Of a DNA stretch of 63,913 bases, positions 52,615 through 61,432 are shown piece after piece (positions within the stretch are counted from its first letter, which is position 1; each line of letters opens with the position of its first letter). The stretch is from the NCBI RefSeq assembly GCF_000143415.4, contig NW_003314349.1:319259-383171 (forward strand). The letters are read 5' to 3'. The stretch is from Selaginella moellendorffii (Eukaryota; Plantae; Lycopodiophyta). Made by a program: the position numbers and the translations under genes. The notes beneath the pieces are model-generated. The model did no database searches, was not told the origin of the DNA, and saw nothing but the letters and a program-made list of their open reading frames with translations.

Positions 52615-55600
52615 ATGGTAAGTCTTTTAGGCCAAGTAGAAAATGGCATGAGGCCACATGCCATTCAGTAGCAACATTGGCATGCACCGATTGGGCTCTC
52701 GAGTGCAGTCCGGTTACAGATGGCGTGTAGCCTCACGCCATCTTAGGATGCAGCCTCAAGACATCTGATGCAGTGGTGAATGGCGTGTGGCCTCACGTTA
52801 TTTCCAGCTGCTAGCTTTTCATCTGTCAGCTCTAATTGTTGTGCATTTTTGAACAGGCGAGGAACTGCGTTCTTCTTCCAGCCACTGTCAATGTGGATGC
52901 AGAGAAGGGGGAGGAGCTCACCAGTTGGACTTTCGGGATGGAAGGCGAGGATCTGATGCTGTACAACACAGATGGTGGGAGAAAAGAATGCATGGGGATC
53001 CTCATCCAAGTGACAGACACTCCATGTAGTTCCATGCAAGAATATGGACTGGCACTTGTGGTAGAGACAGCGTCCGCCTTCAAGATCCACCTTGCACATC
53101 CTAGCGGCTTCCCGGAGGGGGGCAGCGGCTATGAGGAATTCCTAGAGGGAGCTAGGGAGAGGTTGTCCAGGAGGCCCACAATTTCAAAGACGCTGCGGGT
53201 CTATGAAGATCACATGGAATCCACGGACCTCACCTACAGCGATGTTCAAAAACTATATTCCAACATTGAGCCGTTGAGAGTGCCTCCAGTTTGCGAAGCG
53301 AAGGGGAAGGGGGTTGATCTGGAAACTACCCCGAAGCAGAAAAGGGTGGTCAAGCTCAAGCCGACGTCCGACTCTGCTGCTCCAAAAAAGAAGCTACTCG
53401 GTGATGCCATTGCCTCGGGTTCGAACACTACACCCACCAAAAAGAAGAGCCGCAAAGAGCAGAAAGAGCAAGAAGAGGCAGCAAAAATCGTCGCAGATAA
53501 TAGTACTTGTTACTATTCCAACAAAGTATATACAATCGACGTGAGCCGTATCGAGATCCAAAGCAAATACAACCACAGGCTAGTATCTGATGAGTGGGTG
53601 GAGAAACTGAAGCAGAAGATGCTGGCAAGTCCAGTAACACCCGACATCGCAGACGTGATCCCCTACTACCGAACAATGAAGGGCGAGACGAGGTTTCCAG
53701 ACTTGATCAATAGGAAGGTGTTGGACGATCAGAACATCCGGTTCTATGCCGTCTCCGGGCAGCATTCTAGCTTGGCGATGCAAGAGATAGTTGTGGATAT
53801 TAATGTGGGCGAGGAGGTGAAGAAAGTCTTCAAGACAAGAGTTGTCCGCCTGATAAAAGGCAACTCGCCCCTCCGATCTATCATATACATCTCCCACGCG
53901 CAGAATGTCAAGCAAGAAACGTGCTACAAATCGGGTCTGCACGAGACATTGGCACGAACACGGAAGCTCTGGGTTCAACTGAAGAAGCCACAAAAACCAG
54001 GACAAGGACGTGCACTAGCAACTAGCGCCTGGCAGGTAAGCCTCGTTGCATGTGGCATAGCATGTGGCCTCACGCCATTTCCATTGCAGGAATTCTCGAG
54101 TCTTCTCTCGAAAACACTGGGGGTCAATGACACACTCAGCATCCATAACATTCTACTCGCGACAAAAGTTGTTTTTGACAAATGGGTAGATGTGCTAAGG
54201 AGGTACCATGACGGGGAGTTGCTAAACTCAATGGGTGTGGAGGACGGCCGGAAGCCCAATGATTTGAAGCTCAACGCCTTGCGTTTCTCGCGGTCTCTAG
54301 ACGACGACGACCTTCTGACAGTGGCTAATGCTCTTCTACGTGGTGAGGTAGTCTTCAACAAGACCAAAATGACTCCCGGCCATATTGTGACATACGAGGA
54401 CTTATGCACGACTCTGAGAGCTCGTGCGCTATTGAAGGATTGGATCTTCGAGCAAGTGGCCGTGGCGAGGGTGAGCATCGACACCACGCAAGAGATGATG
54501 GAAGAGCTGGACTTGTCAAATGAAGACATCGACGAGTACGTGAAGGGGGCCCCCAAGTTCATCGATCTGCTGCGGGATGCCACGAAAAGTAAAGCTGAGA
54601 AGTTGGATCAGTATCCAAATTTCATTAAGAGGGATGTCGACTGCCGGCTTCAGAAACAGCTCGACCCCGCAGCAGAGGCCTATCGAGAACCTTACCGGGT
54701 ATACGTGAATTCGGATGAGGATCAAAGGTGGAGGAGCATCGTTTCCCGCGGAGATGAGCAGGTCAAGAACATCTTTTGTGTGATGGACTTCACAAACGAG
54801 GAGATCACTCATGCAGACGAAGTCAGCTCCATCATTGACTTAATGGTGGGACTTGCGGAGGTGGAATCTTCAGTCCACTATATGATCTACGACTCCGAAT
54901 CCTATCACAAGTTCTGGAAGGCCTTGAACGAGGTGAAGGCTCGGTTGAAAGGTAAGGAGATGCGGGAGATCCATGGGATAATGGCTAAGAAGAAGATACC
55001 GACGAATGTCCGCATCTTCACAGTCGCCCTTGTTATTGGTCCTGCAGCAGAGTGGGACTGGAGTGACTTCCCAGCTTTGTTCAACAAAGCCGATCGAATT
55101 GATCTGAGGGAGGTCAATTTACCCGTGCCTGAGGAACTGAAGACGGCTATGGAGCTTTCGAATCCAAAGAAAGCTCCAGGTGCAGCATGGGAAATGCTCA
55201 GCTGGGTCTTCAACGCAATAGCGGGTGACTCCAAGGGCAAATGCGTTGTCGAGTACAACTGCGGCGGACTATTCTTTCGAGCCGCACTACTCAAGGGTGT
55301 CCCGTGTGTTGCGGTGACAAACTCCATTGAAGAGGTGACTTCAATGGAGCATATAATTACAGTTGCCAAAGAAAAACAGTATCTTCTCTACGAACCTGGT
55401 GAGTACACACTTTAAGTTTAAATGTTATCTCACAAGCTCTGTATGCAGGAGCGTGGCCACCCCCAGATGTTGAAACGGCGTTAACAGCTACTGATGTTAG
55501 GCCGAGGTCACAACCTGCACAAGGTAAGGTCACGTGAGGCCTCACGCCATTTTGATTATAGATCGTTGTGAATATTCAGACACGAGGACTGAAAAGCGCA

Positions 55601-58220
55601 CTGGTGGCGCGTCGAAGAAGGACAAACAGACAAGCAATAGGAAAAAAGGAGGTACAAATTATATTTGCAATGGCGTGTGGTCTCATGCCATTCCTTGCAG
55701 GAGACACTTCTTCAAAGGCAAAACAGGCAAGCACCAGCCAAGCTCAAACTGACAGTGGTCATAAAAAGCGAAAGCACGTTGGACAGTCGTCAGGATCAGA
55801 GGCGTTTGATTCGAAAAGGAAGAAGGGCAACGAAAAGATGATAGGTAATGCCTCGCGGTTATGGCGTGTGTGCTCATGCCATTCATTGCAGATCAAGGGC
55901 TGAGTGAAAGGAGCCAGTCACCACCTTCTGACTCAGATTCCTATGGCGGACTTCCCTTCCCCAATCTCAATGGAGAGGTACAATGGATGAGGAATGCTTT
56001 TCAAGTCAGGGCCACGTTTTTCTCATCTCGTCGTCTTCGAAGGGTGCAAGAACGTGCAGAAACCATGTTAAGACAGTCGGGTGAGGATACGGTCCTAGGT
56101 CACGCACTAAAACAGGCTATGGATGTCTTGTATTTTGAGATGGAGACTCGGCCAGATGATTTTTCCAAGATGGTCCTGGAAAAACAAGCAATCCAGCCTG
56201 AGCAGCCTATGGAAGAAATGCAAGAGGGGGATGAGGAGCCAGAGAAAGATAATGAGCAGGAAGAGCAGAAGGACGAAGAGGAGGACAAAGAAGAGGAGGA
56301 CGAAGAAGAGGAGGACGAAGAAGAGGAGGACGAAGAGGACTTGGATGGTCCTCACAATGGTGACGATCACAATAACGACGATGACGATGATGACGATGAT
56401 GGCCAGCCTGAGGTGGCCAAAGAGCAGCGGAGGAAGGTCATACAAGACAAACCATCAGGTAAATAATAGTACATCCATTCCTAACCTTTTACCATTTCTA
56501 ACATTGTCCATGTAGGTCGCAGAAGAAATGGTAAGTAGAGATTATTCAGTTGAATTAAGATACAAACTCTAGCCTTTAGTGTCGAGGAAGGATAGTGCCA
56601 AGCAAGGGTCGAAACGTATGTCCAATCCTTCAGAATCAGCAGTGCACCCAAGTGATATCGGTCCTAGTTCCTCAATAGCAGTTGATGGTAAATACAGTAT
56701 AGTCGATTCAATGTGTTAATGAGTTTGTTTTTAGTAGCACGGGAGGATACCATCTCAATCGAAGGGAGATATTTGGACATGCATATGGATCCGCCAGTGG
56801 ACTCTACTTGCCTGCAAGAGTCATCAGAGCTGGTGGAGGCTACTATCCATATCAACGCCAAGCAAGCTGACCACGCTCCACTTGATGCTGCCCATACCAC
56901 TGAGTCAATCTTGTCCATGTATCCAACTGACGGTGACCAGGCGCCATTGGACCCGCATGAGGCCGCCCCAGCCGCCGAGCCGGTCGTATCCTCATTTCCA
57001 ACGTGTGCCCAATCGTCTGACTACGCGCCATTGGAACCTCCCTACACCGCCCCTGCTGCCTGTTCGGTCATGTCCACTTTGCCAACGGAGGCACCAGCTG
57101 AAATGGCGTGTGATCACACGCCATCGGAACCACCCCATGCCACTGTTGAGCCAGTTGTACCAGAGTCTACAGCTGAAATGGCATGTGCCCACACGCCATC
57201 GGATGCGATTGACCCCACATTGCAGAGGAGAGTATTTCTGCCCTTCACGTTTCCTCGACCAAAACCCTCTCAACGACCATCGGGAGCACCATTCGCTAAT
57301 ATTGTAGATGGTAAAATTGACTTGTACCATTTTTTATGCTAACGCATTTCATTTCAGAGTCACGGCGAAAGTACTGTATCGTTTTTGATCTGAACGGTGT
57401 CCTTTTCTCCCATGAGCGTGGCTCGTCCTCGAATGTCACTGCACCCTCCAAAGCCTGCGGTCGCAAGTTGGTCAAAAGAGACAGATTCACATTAATCACA
57501 CGGGAGAAACTGCGGGATCTAATAATGACCATGCGACACTTAAAACAGAGGGCTGGGTTCAATTTGCAATTGGGAGTTTGGACATCCATGATGCGCCACA
57601 ATGCATTAACGTTGCTACAGATGATGCACGATCAGACGCGAGTAATATTACCATTTGACTTTCTCCTAACGCAGGAGGATTGCTTGACTATGGTCCATGT
57701 GAGGGGTAGCAAGCCCATCTTCGTCAAGGCAGAGGCTGTAGTGATGAACCGGACTGCTAGGTCAAGTGAAATCCTCATCATCGATGACTCGCCGATTAAA
57801 ACTGCAGCGAACACGCACACATATGCAGTGCACCCCATCTCTTGCAGTATGGAAACTAGGGAGAAGAAACCGTATGTTCTGGGGGACCTTGCAAAACGGC
57901 TTGAAGCGATGGTGATAGAGAACCGGCCAGTCCAGGAGGTGGCTGCAGAAATCAACCAAATGGCAGATGGAACGGTATATCAGAAGCCATTTGATCGGAC
58001 AGACACCAGTCATCATTTATGGCATGTATATTGTCTAGCCAAGCACTATCCGCATCTCCATAATCTGCTCAACCGGATGGGTTCTTCGACCACTGAACAT
58101 GAGCGTGGACGTATTAGAGAAGAGATGGCATTACTATTGGGTTTAAATCCTGATAGTGTGGAGAGTGATGAAATTCCAAGATTATTGTATAGGCGTTGGA
58201 GGCAAAAAATAACAGTCTGA
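52615..58220 (+). CDS. Transposon cargo gene, 11 exons, ~1635 aa: ParB/Srx-like + degenerate DNA-MTase-like + acidic linker + FCP1/NIF HAD phosphatase-like
   Basis: Exons 52615-52617, 52857-54035, 54090-55398, 55449-55523, 55580-55651, 55701-55844, 55892-56458, 56516-56530, 56580-56687, 56738-57310, 57358-58220. All introns are GT-AG; the 4908-nt total is in frame. Motifs FYAVSGQHS, GKCVVEYNCGG..AALLKG, IVFDLNGVL, LIIDDSP. Confidence 0.78.
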
Positions 58221-58655
58221 GATGGCATGTATTTATTTAAAAATGTAACTTATTATGGCATGGGGTTCCATGCCATTGTATTAATATTAAAAGACAATTC
58301 TTTGAGAGGATTTGCATTATACTAGAAGTGTTACAGCATGTTATTGGAAGTCTACGAAGTTGTTTTATTAATAAGGGGAAAGTAAAGATTGAATGGGGAC
58401 TTGGGCTCCACCTAGACTCGGAGCAACTGAGCCAATATTAAAAGGATGGAAAGAAATTGGACGACGATGACAAGGAGAAGAGAGAGGTGAAGCAGTGAGA
58501 AGTGATTGAGTAGACATTTCCTTGTTTAAAATAAAATGGCATGTGCCTCAATGCAGTTGAATTTTGTTATATTTATATACTATATAAAGGTTTGGAAACC
58601 TTATTTTACAAGTGGGATAATGACAATTCCCACTTTAACGAAATAGAGCTTACAC

Positions 58656-61034
58656 GGCCTATACGCAAAGCTTGAGAAATGTTCCTTTGATCAGCAGTCT
58701 GTGGAGTTCCTTGGGTACATTGTCACTCCTGAGGGTATCACGATGGATCCTGCCAAAGTCAAGACTATTCTCGAATGGGAGCCTCCACAATCAATGTCGG
58801 ACGTTCAGGTTTTCCTTGGCTTCGCCAACTTCTACCGCAAATTCATTGATCACTACTCTGACATTGTCCTTCCTTTCACACATCTCACTCGCAAGGATGT
58901 TCCCTTCTCTTGGTCTGCTGCTGCCCAGCAGGCCTTCGACACACTCAAGGCGGCCTTCAGTTCTGCTCCTGTCTTGATCCATGCTGATTCCTCACAACCT
59001 TTCTTCATCGAGGCTGACGCCTCCGACTTTGCCATTGGTGCTGTGCTGTCTCAACTCGGAGCGGATCACGAACTTCATCCGGTCGCTTTCCATTCTCGAA
59101 AATTCCAGCCTGCGGAGATCAATTACGAAATCCACGACAAGGAGCTCCTTGCCATCGTGGATTCCTTTGGAGAGTGGCGCCGTTTCTTGGAGGGGGCGAG
59201 CCATCAAACAACTGTCTGGATGGATCACAAAAATCTCGAGTACTTTGCCACTTCCCGAGTTTTAAGCCGTCGTCAAGCAAGGTGGGCACAATTCCTGAGT
59301 CGGTTTGACTTTGTTATCAAGTACAGACCTGGAAAGTTTCAAGGCCTTCCTGATGCTCTTTCAAGGCGCTCCTATCTCAGTCTCAGGCCTGGTAATCCTG
59401 CCTTCGATCAACAGGATCAAGTTATCCTCGGTCCTGATCGGCTTCAAGTTATGGCAATTTCCCTGGCCCCTCAGGACTCCTCCTTGATGGATGCAATCAG
59501 AAACGATCTTCAATCCGATGATCTCGCTAGCGACATTTTCCCCCATCTTCAGGCTGGACACCCAGTGACTCCCGACTACCGGCGATTTGACGAGTTCGAG
59601 TTCTTAGATGGCTTATTGTACCGTGGGGAGCAGCTTTACGTTCCTGAAGGTGATGCTCGAAGGTTGGTCCTGATGGCATGCCACGATAGCCCGACTGCTG
59701 GTCACTTCAGCATTGCAAAAACCTATGAGCTAGTTGCACGGGACTTTTGGTGGCCTCACATGGACGATTACATCAAAGCTTTTGTTACCTCCTGTGACAC
59801 TTGTGCCCGGAATAAGGTACCTCGCCACCTTCCTTCAGGTTTGCTTCGTTCCCTTCCGGTCCCTTCAGGTCCTTGGGAATCCATCTCCATGGATTTCTTG
59901 AGTGATCTTCCGAGTTCTGGAGGCTTCAACAGCATTTTAGTTGTGGTGGATCGCTTCACAAAGATGGCACACTTCTTGCCATGTACCAAGGAGTTTTCGG
60001 GCGAGGACATGGCAAAACTGGTATTCAGGGAAATTTTCCGACTTCATGGGATTCCTACAGATGTGGTTTCGGATCGGGGGCCTCAGTTCATCTCTCATTT
60101 CTGGCAACGGTTTTTGCAGCTGCTTGGAGTGAAGGCCAACCTCTCTTCGGCATATCATCCTCAAACTGATGGGCAGTCCGAGCGAACGATTCAGACGTTG
60201 GAACAATTCTTGAGGTGCTTCATCAACTATCATCAGGATAACTGGTTCGATATCCTTCCCCTTGCTGAGTTCTCCTATAACAACTTTGTTCACTCCTCTC
60301 TTCGAGTTTCCCCCTTCTTTGCAAACTCTGGCCGAAATCCCCGATTCAATCTCTCACTTCCTTCTCCATCTGAATCCTCTCATTCAAATCCCCGCTCTGA
60401 GGCATTTATCTCCAACCTCCAGGAAATCCACAACTCCATCTCCTTCCACCTCCATCGTGCTCAGGAATCTCATAAAACATTTGCCAATGTCCATCGTCAG
60501 GATTGTCCCCCTTACAATATCGGGGATAAAGTCTGGCTCCTCAGGCGAAATATCTCCACCACCAGGCCCTGTCCAAAACTCGATTTCAAACGCCTTGGTC
60601 CTTTCCCTATCACTGCCATCATTAATCCTGTCACTTATCGCCTTGCACTTCCCTCCTCATATCAAATTCACCCCGTTTTTCACTCCTCTCTCCTTGAGCC
60701 TTATATTCCCAGTCCTATTCCAAATCGGGTCATTCCTCCGCCTCCACCAGTGCAGCTCGAGGATGGGTCTGAGTACGAGGTTCAGGACATCCTTGATTCC
60801 AAGATTTCACGGTCTAAACTCTACTATCTGGTGGACTGGAAGGGTTACGGACCTGAGGAACGCACTTGGGAACCTGCGGACAACCTGATTCATTCTCCTA
60901 ACCTTGTTCAGGACTTCCACCGCTGCTATCCTTCTCGTCCCAGTCCTCATTCTTTTTCTCCATCTCCCATCCCTTGCCGCTCATCTCATCCTCCTCTTCG
61001 TTCTCGTTCACATCCTTGTTCCACTCGTTCTTGA
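58656..61034 (+). CDS. pol: Pol, 3' part (RT C-terminus, RNase H, integrase, chromodomain)
   Basis: VEFLGY, IEADASDFAIGAVL, HDSPTAGH..CDTC, SMDFL, VSDRGPQF, QTDGQSER, chromodomain EYEVQDILDSK..YLVDWKGYGPEERTWEP. Open frame. Confidence 0.96.
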   Translation, partial: GLYAKLEKCSFDQQSVEFLGYIVTPEGITMDPAKVKTILEWEPPQSMSDVQVFLGFANFYRKFIDHYSDIVLPFTHLTRKDVPFSWSAAAQQAFDTLKAAFSSAPVLIHADSSQPFFIEADASDFAIGAVLSQLGADHELHPVAFHSRKFQPAEINYEIHDKELLAIVDSFGEWRRFLEGASHQTTVWMDHKNLEYFATSRVLSRRQARWAQFLSRFDFVIKYRPGKFQGLPDALSRRSYLSLRPGNPAFDQQDQVILGPDRLQVMAISLAPQDSSLMDAIRNDLQSDDLASDIFPHLQAGHPVTPDYRRFDEFEFLDGLLYRGEQLYVPEGDARRLVLMACHDSPTAGHFSIAKTYELVARDFWWPHMDDYIKAFVTSCDTCARNKVPRHLPSGLLRSLPVPSGPWESISMDFLSDLPSSGGFNSILVVVDRFTKMAHFLPCTKEFSGEDMAKLVFREIFRLHGIPTDVVSDRGPQFISHFWQRFLQLLGVKANLSSAYHPQTDGQSERTIQTLEQFLRCFINYHQDNWFDILPLAEFSYNNFVHSSLRVSPFFANSGRNPRFNLSLPSPSESSHSNPRSEAFISNLQEIHNSISFHLHRAQESHKTFANVHRQDCPPYNIGDKVWLLRRNISTTRPCPKLDFKRLGPFPITAIINPVTYRLALPSSYQIHPVFHSSLLEPYIPSPIPNRVIPPPPPVQLEDGSEYEVQDILDSKISRSKLYYLVDWKGYGPEERTWEPADNLIHSPNLVQDFHRCYPSRPSPHSFSPSPIPCRSSHPPLRSRSHPCSTRS

Positions 61035-61042
61035 GGAGGGGG
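61033..61042 (+). promoter_or_regulatory. Polypurine tract
   Basis: GAGGAGGGGG lies 3 nt before the 3' LTR. Confidence 0.85.
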
Positions 61043-61045
61043 TGC

Positions 61046-61432
61046 TGTCAGGAATCCCCCAATTCTTGCCACATTCCTGACTCTCGCCGGATTCCTGACC
61101 TGCAGACCACATTCCTGACTCTCGAGACACTTCCCTATTCCTGACTCTCGAGACACTTCCCTATTCCTGACTCTCGAGACACTTCCCGATTCTTGAGTCT
61201 TGAGCCACATTCCTGATGATGATGTGGCGCCTCCTCGACCTCAGCTATATTTAGGCCGTCCTCGATCCAAGAGTGGTGGAGCTTCATCAACCTATAGTAT
61301 ATATAGGTTAGCCTTGTTCCATTTCTCCACAATCTGAATCAACACCAGTCTAAGGCTTCTTCTTTGTTTTCACTAGCTTTTTCTCTTTGTCTTTAGCATT
61401 TTCCAGTTTTGATCTTGTTGGGGGTCTTGACA
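61046..61432 (+). repeat. 3' LTR (387 bp)
   Basis: Matches the 5' LTR except for 5 transitions and one extra 26-bp tandem unit. Confidence 0.97.

Larger units (their letters stand above)
45921..58276. repeat. Dispersed 22-bp imperfect palindrome ATGGCRTGnGGCCnCAYGCCAT, about 25 copies
   Basis: Copies start at about 45921, 46010, 46417, 47833, 47890, 49736, 49806, 49904, 50516, 50555, 50627, 51491, 51570, 51729, 51864, 52643, 52720, 52780, 54057, 55529, 55670, 55861, 57103, 57178 and 58255. None noticed outside the element. Confidence 0.93.
45379..58651. mobile_element. 13,273-bp cut-and-paste DNA transposon (Sola-like DDE), 24-bp TIRs, 4-bp TSD ACAC
   Basis: TIR AAGCTCTATTTCGTTAAAGTGGGA (45379-45402) and its exact reverse complement (58628-58651). 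ACAC at 45375-45378 and 58652-58655. Removing the element and one TSD restores RT ...LREH-GLYAKLEKCSFDQQSVEFLGY. Confidence 0.95.
42597..61432 (+). mobile_element. Full-length Ty3/Gypsy chromovirus (Tcn1/Tf1-like, self-priming), interrupted by a DNA transposon
   Basis: TG..CA LTRs 42597-42957 and 61046-61432. TSD AAGTA (42592-42596, 61433-61437). gag-PR-RT-RH-IN-chromodomain order, with a PPT. Confidence 0.97.

Noticed and set aside
45921-58276. Palindromes as a CRISPR array or MITE family
   Set aside because: Irregular spacing, no spacers, no cas genes and no individual TSDs.
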